A stretch of DNA of 64,000 nt from Kofleriaceae bacterium (GTDB lineage Bacteria; Myxococcota_A; Polyangia; Haliangiales; Haliangiaceae). This document shows positions 33,385 to 44,897 of the stretch, in pieces (within the stretch, counting starts at the first letter, position 1; every line of letters begins with the position of its first letter). Under the pieces are notes generated by a model that was given only the letters and a program-made list of their open reading frames with translations, was not told where the DNA came from and searched no databases. The DNA lies in assembly GCA_046597055.1 (NCBI GenBank), contig JBKJLC010000056.1, positions 1-64,000 on the forward strand, given 5' to 3'. The position numbers and the translations under genes were made by a program.

Positions 33385-34305
33385 ATGAGCGAGCGTCGCC
33401 ACGGGTCCTGGATCGTCGGGTTCGTGCTGCTCGCCGGCCTGGTCGCCCGGACCGGCGATGCCGCCGCCGGCGACGAGCTGCTGGCGTACGGCGACGGTGG
33501 GCTCCGGCTGGGCGAGGCGGTGCTCCACGCCAAGGCCGTGGAGGCCGCCGCCTACGATCCGGCCCAGGACCTGGTGTGGTTCAAGGCGGGCGGCACGCTC
33601 CAGGTCATCGACCTGCGCGACCCGGCCCGCAAGCCGATCACGGTCGCCGCCCGGATGCCGCAGGGGGGGTTCGCGATCACGGGCCTGTCGAAGGTGGCGT
33701 GGTCGACGACCTACAGCAGCCTCTACCCGGTGATCTCGCTCGGCAAGAAGATCACGATCGACACTGGCCTGGGCGCCTACGCGGGTAGGTACGAGGACCA
33801 GGAACCGCACACCCGCAAGGCGATCAAGAAGATCAAGATCACCGGGGCCAGGTGGCTGGCGACCCAGCGCGGGCGCAGGCCACGCACGGTGGTCGCGGCG
33901 CCCCGGGTCGGGGCCTACGGAGACAACCGAATCAAGCTGCCCGATGGCACCGGTGAGTGCGGCGACGTGGACATCGCGTGCGGCACCGCCGTGACGTTCG
34001 GCGACACGAAGCACCTGCTGGTGGTCGTCGAGTCGAGCTGTGGCGACGCCTGCCACCAGAGCTGCGCCCTCTACGATCCGAAGCGCAAGCGGTTCACCCA
34101 CCCGCTCGCGCTCAACGGCGGCTGGTCGGCCACGCCGCCAGACGCGGCCGGGCCATGCACGGACGACGACTACGGCATGCGCGCCGGCGGCGAGTACTAC
34201 AGCGGCAGCTTCCGGTGCGCGGTGACGACCGTGGTCCGCTGCACCGAGAACCCCGGCTGGACCTACGCCGGCTGGGTGCCGGTCGCCACGGCCGCGACCC
34301 GGTGA
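33385..34305 (+). CDS. Exported hypothetical protein with Cys-rich C-terminal half
   Basis: Signal peptide; 8 Cys including CGDACHQSC. Confidence 0.7.
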   Translation: MSERRHGSWIVGFVLLAGLVARTGDAAAGDELLAYGDGGLRLGEAVLHAKAVEAAAYDPAQDLVWFKAGGTLQVIDLRDPARKPITVAARMPQGGFAITGLSKVAWSTTYSSLYPVISLGKKITIDTGLGAYAGRYEDQEPHTRKAIKKIKITGARWLATQRGRRPRTVVAAPRVGAYGDNRIKLPDGTGECGDVDIACGTAVTFGDTKHLLVVVESSCGDACHQSCALYDPKRKRFTHPLALNGGWSATPPDAAGPCTDDDYGMRAGGEYYSGSFRCAVTTVVRCTENPGWTYAGWVPVATAATR

Positions 34306-34341
34306 CCGCGGTCGGTCGGCGTCCGACGCCGGCGCACGCGG

Positions 34342-34719
34342 TCACTCTGCGATGATCACGCCGGTCATCATGTCCATGCCGCACGCAAAGCCGAGCTCGC
34401 CGGACGGGGGCACCTTGACCGCCACCTTCACCGGCTGACCGACCGGCAGCTCGATCACCGGCCCGCCGGCGACCTTCACCTGCGCGCCGCACTCGGACTT
34501 GGTGTGCCGGGTGAACATGAGGTCGACGCTGGACCCGGCCTTCGCCCGGATCTTCGCCGGGTCGAAGCCCTCGTCGTTGACGTTGACCGGCACCACCCGG
34601 GTGCCGTCGGTCGCCACGCTCTCGGCCGCGACCGGTGGCGGGGCCGGCGCGGCCTGCTTCTTCTCGCACCCACCGGTGAAGGCGAGCGCCGCCACCGCGA
34701 GCCAGACGACGATCCTCAT
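34342..34719 (-). CDS. Cupredoxin-domain lipoprotein
   Basis: Lipobox TGG-C; GFDPAKI; C-terminal FACGMDMMTG. Confidence 0.85.
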   Translation of the reverse strand: MRIVVWLAVAALAFTGGCEKKQAAPAPPPVAAESVATDGTRVVPVNVNDEGFDPAKIRAKAGSSVDLMFTRHTKSECGAQVKVAGGPVIELPVGQPVKVAVKVPPSGELGFACGMDMMTGVIIAE

Positions 34720-34807
34720 GACGCCCAAGCTACCGCACGCCGGGCCAGCGCGCTGCTCGGCTCGACGCCAGGCGCCCGGTGCGGCCAGGGCGGCGGGGCA
34801 GCCGGCA

Positions 34808-35485
34808 TCAGCCGTCGAACAGGGCCCGCTCGATGACGGTTCCCAGCGCGGCCTTGGCCCGGTCGACGCCGAGGCCGGGCTCGCCATGCAGCCCGGCCAG
34901 GGTGCTCGCGCACTCGACCGCGGCGATGTGAATCACCCACGCGGTCGCCTCGGGATCGGGCACCGCCGCCGGCGGTGCCGCCGCCGCCAGTAGCTGGGCC
35001 AGCTTGGCCCGCGACGCCTCGTCGAACGCGCGTCGCAGCGCCCGCACGTCGGGGTCGCGCAGCGACATCTCGACGAACACGCGATGCATGCGCGGGAACC
35101 GCGACACATGATCGACGAGGACGTCGATCGCCATCGCGATCGTCGCGTGGCGGGCCTTGCCGACGAACCGTTCGGGCGTCAGCTGATCGAGGATGCGGTG
35201 GTAGCCGGTCGCGAGGTGCCGGCGCGACACCTCGATGAAGGCCTGCTTCTTGTCGTCGAAGTATCGATAGAACGTGCCGACCGAGACCTCGGCGCGCGCG
35301 GCGATGTCGGGCGTGCCGGTCGCGTCGTAGCCGTCAGCGACGAACGCCGCCTCGGCCGCGGCTACCAGCGCTTCGTAGGTGCGGCGCGCGCGGTCCTGGG
35401 TGAAGCGCCGCGCTCGCGCGTCGACCAGCAAGAGCTCGACCGCGGGCGCGCTGGTCGCAGGACGCACAGGCGCTGAGCGAGGCAC
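34808..35485 (-). CDS. TetR/AcrR family transcriptional regulator
   Basis: QDRARRT...IAARAEVSVGTFYRYFDDK HTH. Confidence 0.93.
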   Translation of the reverse strand: MPRSAPVRPATSAPAVELLLVDARARRFTQDRARRTYEALVAAAEAAFVADGYDATGTPDIAARAEVSVGTFYRYFDDKKQAFIEVSRRHLATGYHRILDQLTPERFVGKARHATIAMAIDVLVDHVSRFPRMHRVFVEMSLRDPDVRALRRAFDEASRAKLAQLLAAAAPPAAVPDPEATAWVIHIAAVECASTLAGLHGEPGLGVDRAKAALGTVIERALFDG

Positions 35486-35528
35486 ACCTGAGTTTCTCCT
35501 TGACCGGTGCGCGAACCAAGCTCAAAGT

Positions 35529-35542
35529 TGAAATCGATTTCA
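35529..35542. promoter_or_regulatory. Putative TetR operator palindrome
   Basis: Perfect 14-bp palindrome TGAAATCGATTTCA, flanked by AAAG/CTTT, between the divergent tetR and diiron genes. Confidence 0.7.
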
Positions 35543-35562
35543 CTTTCACGGGGGAGAGCGCC

Positions 35563-36621
<1,059 letters not shown>

Positions 36622-36622
36622 A

Positions 36623-38115
<1,493 letters not shown>

Positions 38116-38119
<4 letters not shown>

Positions 38120-39309
38120 GCTGCGTCCAGGGTGGGCAGCCGGACCCGCGCGGTGGTGCCGCGCCCCAGCTCCGACGCGAAGGTCAGCGTGCCGCCGTGC
38201 TCCTCGACGATGCGGCGGCAGATGCCGACCCCGAGCCCGGACCCGCGATCGCCGCGGGTCGTGTAGAACGGCTCGCCCAGGCGCGCGACCACGTCGGGCG
38301 GCATGCCGACCCCGCGATCACGGACCGTGAGCACCGCCGCGCCCGGGCCGTCGGCGGCGACCGCGATCTCGATCTCGCCGCCGGCGGCGCTGGCCAGCGC
38401 GGCGTTGTGGACCAGGTTGATGACGACCTGGGTCATCTTGTCGTGATGCAGCGCGCACAGCGGGTGCGCGTCGAGCCGGCGCACCAGCCGGCACCGCTTC
38501 ACGTCGCGGTCGTAGCCGATCAGCGCCAGCGCCTCGTCGACCACCGCCGCCAGATCGGCGGGCTCGCGCGCGATCGGCCGGGTATCGCCGCCGGAGAAGT
38601 CGCGGATCGCGTCGACCATCGCGAGCAGGCGCTTCTGGGCCCGCACGATCACGTCGGCGAGCTCGCCCAGCTCGGGATCGCCGGCGACCTTGGCCTTGAG
38701 CGCCTCGGCGTAGCCGACCAGCGCGAGCTGCTGGCCGAGCTCGTGGGCGATGCCGGTGACCACGCGACCGACCGCGGCCAACTGCTCGGACACCACCAGC
38801 CGCTCGGTCGCGGTCGCCAGCTCCGACGAGGTCGAGGCCAGCTGCGCGACCGCGTGCTGGGCCTGGCTGCGGGTCGCGTGCAGCGCGTGCTCGCGGGTGT
38901 CGAGCTCGTGCTCGAGCCGGCGGACCTCGCGCTCGAGCCGCGCGCGATCGAGCGCCGCGTGCAGGCGCGGCAACAGCTCCGAGGCCGCCACCGGCCGGGC
39001 CACATGCCCGAGCGGACCGAACGCGGCCAGCGCGCGCTCGGTCGCGTCCTCGTCGGCGGGCGCGGTCGTCACCACGATCGCGACGTGCGGATCGCGCGCG
39101 CGCAGCTCGGCGATCAACACGCCGCCGTCGTCCATGCCGGACACCCGGTAGTCGATGACCAGGACGTCGGGCAGCGCGACGGCGGTGGCCGCGCGCGCGG
39201 CCGCGAGCGAGGTCGCCACCTCGACCTGGTGGCCGAGCTCCTCGCTCACCGTGCGGGCGGTCTGCCGGGCGGCGAGCGGGTCGTTCTCGACCACGAGGAC
39301 GCGAGCCAT
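38116..39309 (-). CDS. Cytoplasmic hybrid histidine kinase (REC-coiled coil-HisKA-HATPase)
   Basis: N-terminal receiver-like domain; IAHEL; NLVHNA; DRGVG; GSGLG; ATGA overlap with the regulator gene. Confidence 0.9.
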
Positions 39310-39315
39310 GACCGT

Positions 39316-39372
39316 GTCTACCACGTGAGACTCGGTAGTCCAGATGTCTAGACAGTGTCCATGGAGGTGGAC
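39316..39372. promoter_or_regulatory. Three tandem GTCYA-N6-TRGAC inverted repeats (candidate enhancer sites)
   Basis: GTCTA-ccacgt-GAGAC (39316), GTCCA-gatgtc-TAGAC (39338), GTCCA-tggagg-TGGAC (39357); a fourth, GTCCA-caacag-TGGAA, lies at 39415. Confidence 0.65.
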
Positions 39373-39425
39373 GAAAACCACTTCCACAGATGCGCTATCT
39401 GACTTGATCTATTGGTCCACAACAG

Positions 39426-39441
39426 TGGAATGACAATTGCG
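39426..39441 (+). promoter_or_regulatory. Sigma54 -24/-12 promoter
   Basis: TGGAATGACAATTGCG gives GG-N10-GC with TTGC, about 35 bp upstream of the ECF sigma ATG. Confidence 0.65.
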
Positions 39442-39475
39442 TAACCGGTTTGCAACGAAAGCCGGAGGACGACCC

Positions 39476-40006
39476 ATGTTGCGAACGGACCCGCAGGATC
39501 GACGACTGGATGCCCACGCCCGCCAGTACGCCCGTGTCATCGCGCTGCGCTTCGTCAAGAGCGAGGACGCAGCCGACGACGTCGCCCAGGAGGCGATGCT
39601 GCTCGCCCATCGCCACCTCGACAAGTTCCGCGGCGACTCCGCCTTTTCGACCTGGCTCTACCGCGTCACCACCACCGCGGCCCTGATGTACCTGCGCCGC
39701 CAGCGCCGCCTCGCCCGCGAGGTGCTGGCCTCCGGCGAGACCGAGGAAGGCAGCGGGGCCTGGATCGACAACCTGCCCGCACGGGTCCGTCGCTGCGACG
39801 ACGACCTGGCCGCTCACGAGCTGTGCGACCGCGCGACCCGCGGCGTCGACCGGCTCGGAGACAAGTACGGACCGGTCTTCACGATGCGATATCGCGACGG
39901 CTTCAGCGAGACCGAGATCGCCCGCACCCTCGGCCTGTCACTGGCGACGGTGAAGACCCGGGCCCATCGCGCCAAGCTCGCGGCCCGCGCCGCCGTCGCC
40001 GCCTGA
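39476..40006 (+). CDS. ECF RNA polymerase sigma factor
   Basis: DDVAQEA, FRGDSAFSTWLYRV and EIARTLGLSLATVKTRAHRA motifs; GGAGG RBS. Confidence 0.92.
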   Translation: MLRTDPQDRRLDAHARQYARVIALRFVKSEDAADDVAQEAMLLAHRHLDKFRGDSAFSTWLYRVTTTAALMYLRRQRRLAREVLASGETEEGSGAWIDNLPARVRRCDDDLAAHELCDRATRGVDRLGDKYGPVFTMRYRDGFSETEIARTLGLSLATVKTRAHRAKLAARAAVAA

Positions 40007-40153
40007 GCCGTCGCCAAGCACCGCGATCCATTGCCTGAGCCAGGTAACCCGCGAGCGCAACCCTGGTTGTCTGGCTCGCGAGAGGGGACGCGGTCGGGCG
40101 TGTCCAGGGACCCACGCGGGCTGGCAACTGGCCGCCGCGACTTACATAAGTGC

Positions 40154-40169
40154 TGGCACGGCGGACGCA
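40154..40169 (+). promoter_or_regulatory. Sigma54 -24/-12 promoter candidate
   Basis: TGGCACGGCGGACGCA has a perfect TGGCACG and GG-N10-GC, just upstream of ATG 40182. Confidence 0.6.
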
Positions 40170-40181
40170 GTACCCGGGGTC

Positions 40182-40625
40182 ATGCTGACTGCCCTGCTCC
40201 CGCTGGTCCTGTTCGCCGTCGACCTCACCGGCGCGCCCGCGGCCCTCGCGCCGGCGGTCGTGGTCGCACCGACGGTGGCGCCGAGGACCGAGATCGACGA
40301 GTCGGGCGCGCCGTTCCTGGTCGCCCAGGCCCTGGTCGACGCCGACCGGCTGGTCGACGTGCACGAGGCGGCCGGCGTGATCGTGTTCGACCTCGACCGC
40401 GCTGACGAGCGCTTCCAGCTCACCGTCACGCTCGACGACGACGGCGCGGTCGTCGCGAGCACGATCGACTGGGTCGGTCCCGCCGACCCGAACAGCGGCA
40501 CCATCGCCGCATCGATCGGCGAGCTGCGCAGCGTCGACCGCATCGACTGGGAGCCGGGCCGGCGGGTGCTGGTCCTGCGCGGCGCCGGCGATGCGCGCCG
40601 GCTCGTGCTCGAAGCTCAGACCTGA
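40182..40625 (+). CDS. Exported hypothetical protein
   Basis: Signal-like N-terminus; acidic, beta-rich domain. Confidence 0.7.
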   Translation: MLTALLPLVLFAVDLTGAPAALAPAVVVAPTVAPRTEIDESGAPFLVAQALVDADRLVDVHEAAGVIVFDLDRADERFQLTVTLDDDGAVVASTIDWVGPADPNSGTIAASIGELRSVDRIDWEPGRRVLVLRGAGDARRLVLEAQT

Positions 40626-40745
40626 GCCGCACCAAGCGGCGCGGCTCGGTCGGTACCGTTCCGCAGAATTTCACGGCCGGGTGGACTTCGGGCTCGCAAC
40701 GACCCATTTGCTCGGCAGACCGGCGAGGGTGGTAGCCCGCGCTCG

Positions 40746-41156
40746 TCAGCGGGTGACCAGCAGGATGCCGTCGGCCTCGGACACCTGGAGCCCTTCGAGA
40801 TCGGCGATCACCCGGATCGCCTCGCGCCAGGTCACGTCGCGCATCTCGAGCGTCATCCGCGCGCGCACGTCGTCGCTGACCACCAGCCCGAAGTCGGCGA
40901 CCGCCGCGATCGTACGCAGCACGTCGGTGATCTCGGCGTCCTGGACCCCAAGGTCGATCTGGGGTCCGACGATCGCCATCGTGCTCGGCGCGACGATCTC
41001 CACCCGGATCCCGGGATCGGGCGCCCGCGCCGACGACGCGACCAGCGTGCGGCGCACCATGACGGGCTCGAGGTCCAGGTCGTCAGGGGCCTCGGTCGAC
41101 CGCGGCGCGGTGGCACCGCACGCCGCGAGGAGCGGGACCAGCAGGAGGTGGCGCAT
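40746..41156 (-). CDS. Lipoprotein with a standalone secretin N0/STN-like domain
   Basis: Lipobox LAA-C; IDLGVQDAEITDVLRTIA...VVSDDVRARMTLEMRDVTWREAI resembles the PilQ N0 domain. Confidence 0.75.
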   Translation of the reverse strand: MRHLLLVPLLAACGATAPRSTEAPDDLDLEPVMVRRTLVASSARAPDPGIRVEIVAPSTMAIVGPQIDLGVQDAEITDVLRTIAAVADFGLVVSDDVRARMTLEMRDVTWREAIRVIADLEGLQVSEADGILLVTR

Positions 41157-41273
41157 GGGCGCATCACACCACTGGCGGCCGATCGTCGCAATTTTGCGGC
41201 GATCGGGGCTCACCGACCTCGACCGTGCCCGCGGCGCTCGGTGCCGGCAGGTGCGCCCTGCTAAGGTGCGCGC

Positions 41274-42170
41274 GTGAAAAAGAAGGTCGATCGTCGTGAG
41301 AGCGCCGCCGAGCTCCTGCCGGGGGCGGCGCCCGACGTCGCCATCGAGCTGCTCAAGGACTTGCACCTCCTCACCCGCGAGGGCGAGCTCAACGCTGACG
41401 CTCGCCGCAAGCTCAAGCAGATCCGGCACTTGCTGCAGCTCCTGGCGCCGGCGCTCGATGACATCCACGCCCGCCACCCCGACCCGATCGTCGTCGACTG
41501 CGGCGCGGGCAAGAGCTACCTCGGCTTCCTGATGTACGCGACCCGGATGGCCCGCGAGTCGCGCGGCCGCTTGATCGCGATCGAGACCCGGCCCGAGCTG
41601 GTGACCGCCGCCACCGAGCGCGCGCGCCGGTTCGGCTGCAACCGCATGGAGATGGTCGCCGGCGAGATCGCGACGGCGCCGCTGCCGGACCGGGTCCACC
41701 TGGTGACCGCCCTGCACGCGTGCGACACCGCCACCGACGACGCGCTGGGCCGCGCGATCGCCACCGGCGCCGACTGGGTCGCGGTGGTGCCATGCTGCCA
41801 GGCCGAGGTCGCGCGCCAGCTGGGCGAACGCGGCCCGACCGAGCCGGCCCTGCACGCGATGTGTGCCCACCCGTGGCACCGCCGCGAGCTCGGCTCGCAC
41901 CTCACCAACGTGGTGCGCGCCCTCGCGCTCGAGGCCCACGGCTACCAGGTCACCGTCACCGAGCTCACCGGCTGGGAGCACTCGCTCAAGAACGAGCTGA
42001 TCCTCGGTCGGCGGGTGAAGCGGTTCGATCAGAAGGCCCAGGCTCGACTGGAGGAGCTGGTGACCCGCTTCGGCATCGAGCCTGCGCTGGTCCGGAATCT
42101 TCGGGCAACTTCCGGCACCAGACTGGCATCCGCTGGCACCGAACCGGCACCGGCCGGCATCGCCGAGTAA
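41274..42170 (+). CDS. SAM-dependent methyltransferase (Methyltransf_32-like)
   Basis: VDCGAGKSYLGF, ALHACDTATD, VPCCQ and EHSLKN motifs. Confidence 0.9.
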   Translation: MKKKVDRRESAAELLPGAAPDVAIELLKDLHLLTREGELNADARRKLKQIRHLLQLLAPALDDIHARHPDPIVVDCGAGKSYLGFLMYATRMARESRGRLIAIETRPELVTAATERARRFGCNRMEMVAGEIATAPLPDRVHLVTALHACDTATDDALGRAIATGADWVAVVPCCQAEVARQLGERGPTEPALHAMCAHPWHRRELGSHLTNVVRALALEAHGYQVTVTELTGWEHSLKNELILGRRVKRFDQKAQARLEELVTRFGIEPALVRNLRATSGTRLASAGTEPAPAGIAE

Positions 42171-42190
42171 TACATGGCAATGTATGGCAA
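42094..42190 (+). repeat. Helically phased GGCA direct-repeat array
   Basis: GGCA at 42104, 42114, 42125, 42135, 42146, 42156, 42176 and 42186; degenerate positions at 42094 (GGAA) and 42166 (AGTA). Confidence 0.7.
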
Positions 42191-42198
42191 CCATGACG

Positions 42199-42221
42199 CG
42201 TCGCAGCATCATGCTGCGACG
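42199..42221. terminator. Perfect inverted repeat between convergent genes (terminator-like hairpin or operator)
   Basis: CGTCGCAGCAT-C-ATGCTGCGACG; no U-tract. Confidence 0.5.
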
Positions 42222-42232
42222 AGCCGGGTCGC

Positions 42233-43069
42233 TCAGATATCGAGGTAGACGCCCTCGGCGGCCCCGAACACCGGGATCGCCGAGCGGCTCTGAGCGACCT
42301 CGACCATCCGGTCGATCGCCGCGTCGGTCGCGTCGGGGTTGTGATGCGACAGCGCGATCCGGCCGACCCCGGCGGCAGCGCCGAGCAGCACGCCGGCCGA
42401 GACCGGCGAGTGGCCCCAGCCACGCGCCAGCGCGTAGGCGGCGTCGTCGTGCATCGCGTCGTGGATCAGCAGATCGGCGCCGGCGGCGAGGGCGAACGCC
42501 TCGCGGGTGGGCCGGTGCGGCGCCGGGTACTCGACGTCGGACAGGAACGCGACGATCTTGCTGTCGGCCTTGATGCGAAAGCCGGTCGTCCACATCGTGC
42601 CGTGCGGCAGCGCGGCGGTGGTGACCTCGAAGTCGTCGATCACCAGCTCCGCGCCCGGCAGGAAGGTCTCGATGCTGACGCCGGCGGCGAGGTTCTCGAG
42701 CCCGTTGAGCGGGCTGTAGTGGGGCGCGAGCTGGTTCTGCAGCGTGCCCTTGAGCGAGCTGCCGGCTGGATCCACGCCGAGGATCCGGATCATGTTGCCC
42801 TTGATGAAGAACGGCGTGAAGAACGGCAGGCCCTGGATGTGATCGAGGTGGGTATGGGTCAGGAGCACCGGCAGCTTGCCCGTGCCCTGGCCGAACTCGC
42901 CGGTCATGAGGTGCTTGGCGGCCTCGGTCGCGCCGGTGCCGAGATCGATCAGCAGCCGGCTGCCGGCGTCGGTGACCAGCTCGACGCAGGTGGTGTTGCC
43001 GCCGTAGCGCAGGAACTCCTTGCCGCTCATCGCGAACGAGCCGCGCACGCCCCAGAAGCGGATCTTCAT
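42233..43069 (-). CDS. MBL-fold metallo-hydrolase (putative phosphodiesterase), paralog 2
   Basis: FWGVRGS, YGGNTTC, THTHLDHIQGLPFF and GWGHS motifs. Confidence 0.9.
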   Translation of the reverse strand: MKIRFWGVRGSFAMSGKEFLRYGGNTTCVELVTDAGSRLLIDLGTGATEAAKHLMTGEFGQGTGKLPVLLTHTHLDHIQGLPFFTPFFIKGNMIRILGVDPAGSSLKGTLQNQLAPHYSPLNGLENLAAGVSIETFLPGAELVIDDFEVTTAALPHGTMWTTGFRIKADSKIVAFLSDVEYPAPHRPTREAFALAAGADLLIHDAMHDDAAYALARGWGHSPVSAGVLLGAAAGVGRIALSHHNPDATDAAIDRMVEVAQSRSAIPVFGAAEGVYLDI

Positions 43070-43989
43070 TGGGTGGCCCCGCGCGGGCCGACCTTGAGGA
43101 CCATCCCCTCGCAGGCGGTGAGCACGTCGATGCCCATCGCGGCGCCCTTCTCGCGATAGGTCTTCGCGATCTCGTCCATCTGCTCGTCGGTGTGCGACGG
43201 CGCGTGGTGGTAGAGGATCAGCCGGCGCACGTCGAGCCCGGCGATGGTCTCGAGCGCCTGATCGGGCGTCGAGTGCCCGTAGTGCGGGAAACGCGCGTAC
43301 TCCTCGGGCAAGAAGTGGGTGTCGTAGACGACCGTGTCGCAGCCGCGGATCGCGTCGACCAGCGCGCCGCGCATCTCGCTCAGCACCCGGCGATCCTCGT
43401 CGGTGAGCAGCTCGAGCCCCTTCAGGAAGTGCTGCTTGTGCAGGACCTCGGTGAACGGGGCGGTGTCGCTGACGTAGGCGACGCTGGTGCCGTCGGCGTC
43501 GAGTCGGTAGCCGACCGAGCCGAACGGGTGGTTGAGCGCGATCGGCAGCACCTGCACGTCGCCGATCGTGATCGGCTTGCCGGGCTCGACCTCGTGGAAG
43601 TGGAACTCCGCGGGCACTGCCTCGAGGGGGACCGGAAAGAACTCGTGACGGGTGATGCCGCCGATCACCTGCTGCAGCTCGTCGGCCGCGGTGAGCAGCG
43701 AGTACACCTCGACGTGGGTGCCCGGGATGTACGCCGGCTCGAAGAACGGCAGGCCCTGGATGTGATCCCAGTGGACGTGCGACAGCAGGATGTGGTGTCG
43801 GCCGCCGATGCCGCCCGACTCGCGCGCGAGCTTCTGACCCAGCGCGCGCAGCCCGGTGCCCGCGTCGATGATCACCGCCGTGCCCGACGCGGTCCGGATA
43901 TCGACGCACGACGTCTGGCCGCCGTAGCGGACCGTCGCGCGCCCGGGTACCGGGTAGCTGCCCCGGACGCCCCAGAAGGTGATCTCCAT
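43066..43989 (-). CDS. MBL-fold metallo-hydrolase (putative phosphodiesterase), paralog 1
   Basis: FWGVRGS, SHVHWDHIQGLPFF, YGHST and YHHAP motifs; ATGA overlap with paralog 2. Confidence 0.9.
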   Translation of the reverse strand: MEITFWGVRGSYPVPGRATVRYGGQTSCVDIRTASGTAVIIDAGTGLRALGQKLARESGGIGGRHHILLSHVHWDHIQGLPFFEPAYIPGTHVEVYSLLTAADELQQVIGGITRHEFFPVPLEAVPAEFHFHEVEPGKPITIGDVQVLPIALNHPFGSVGYRLDADGTSVAYVSDTAPFTEVLHKQHFLKGLELLTDEDRRVLSEMRGALVDAIRGCDTVVYDTHFLPEEYARFPHYGHSTPDQALETIAGLDVRRLILYHHAPSHTDEQMDEIAKTYREKGAAMGIDVLTACEGMVLKVGPRGATQ

Positions 43990-44039
43990 CGCCCGAAAAT
44001 TCTAGCCCGCTTCCGGGCGCGACCGCGAATTTCGCTACT

Positions 44040-44897
44040 TCAATAAGGATCGTGGGGGCGGGGCCCGGTGTGGATGTCGGCAACGACCGCGTGGTGATCG
44101 GACGGCCAGACCCCGTCCTGGGGCTCATCCAGGGCCACCCAGGCGGCGACCGGCTCGCCGCGCAGGTGGCGATCAGGTCCGCGCACGTAGATGTAGTCGA
44201 TCCGTCGGGACGGCTCGCGTGAGCGCACCGCGTAGGGGTTCCGCCGATCGTAGGTGTAGCCAGGGCCGGCGGCGGGATCCTGTCCGGTGGTCGCCAGCCA
44301 GGCGTCGGCGAAGTAGACGGTCTCGCCGCCGAGCGCGGTCAGCCCGCGCAGGAAGCGCATCTCGTCGGAATCCGGGTCGGCGTTGAAGTCGCCGAGCAGG
44401 ACCGGCGGCGGCCCCTCGGTCGGGGCCAGCGCCTTGACGTGGTCTGCGAGCGCCCGGACCTGGGCCTGCCGGGCGCTGCCCAGGTGGTGCTGGTAGGTCA
44501 GGTGGGTGACGAACACCGGGAACGGCCCGTGCGGGGCCGCGACCCGGGCAAACGCGGCCGTGCGGGTGTCGAGGCCTGCCGGCGCCGGTAGCGGCAGGCT
44601 CTGCCGGTCCTCGAGCGGGTGCCGGCTCAGGATCGCGTTGCCGAAGGTCAGACCGCCCCCGACGTTCCAGGCCGGGACGTGGTGGACCTGCCAGCCGAGG
44701 CCGTCGGCGATCTCGTGGGCCTGCGACGGCGCGCCGGGAAAGCCGAGCACCTCCTGCAGGCCGATCACGTCGGGGTCGAGCGCGCCCAGGCCGTCGCGGA
44801 TCAGCCGCAGCCGTTCGGGCCACGGGCCTTGCCGGTTCCAGATGTTGAGCGTGACGACCCGCAGCCGATCGCCGGTGCGGACCGACCCGGCGGTCAT
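44040..44897 (-). CDS. Endonuclease/exonuclease/phosphatase (EEP) family protein
   Basis: TLNIW, GLQEV, GNAILS, LGDFN, RIDYI and PSDH motifs. Confidence 0.92.
   Translation of the reverse strand: MTAGSVRTGDRLRVVTLNIWNRQGPWPERLRLIRDGLGALDPDVIGLQEVLGFPGAPSQAHEIADGLGWQVHHVPAWNVGGGLTFGNAILSRHPLEDRQSLPLPAPAGLDTRTAAFARVAAPHGPFPVFVTHLTYQHHLGSARQAQVRALADHVKALAPTEGPPPVLLGDFNADPDSDEMRFLRGLTALGGETVYFADAWLATTGQDPAAGPGYTYDRRNPYAVRSREPSRRIDYIYVRGPDRHLRGEPVAAWVALDEPQDGVWPSDHHAVVADIHTGPRPHDPY

Noticed and set aside
43070..44128. 631-aa ORF suggesting a long MBL fusion (42233-44128)
   Set aside because: The upstream part is an off-frame read of MBL paralog 1; the two MBL genes are separate and overlap by ATGA.
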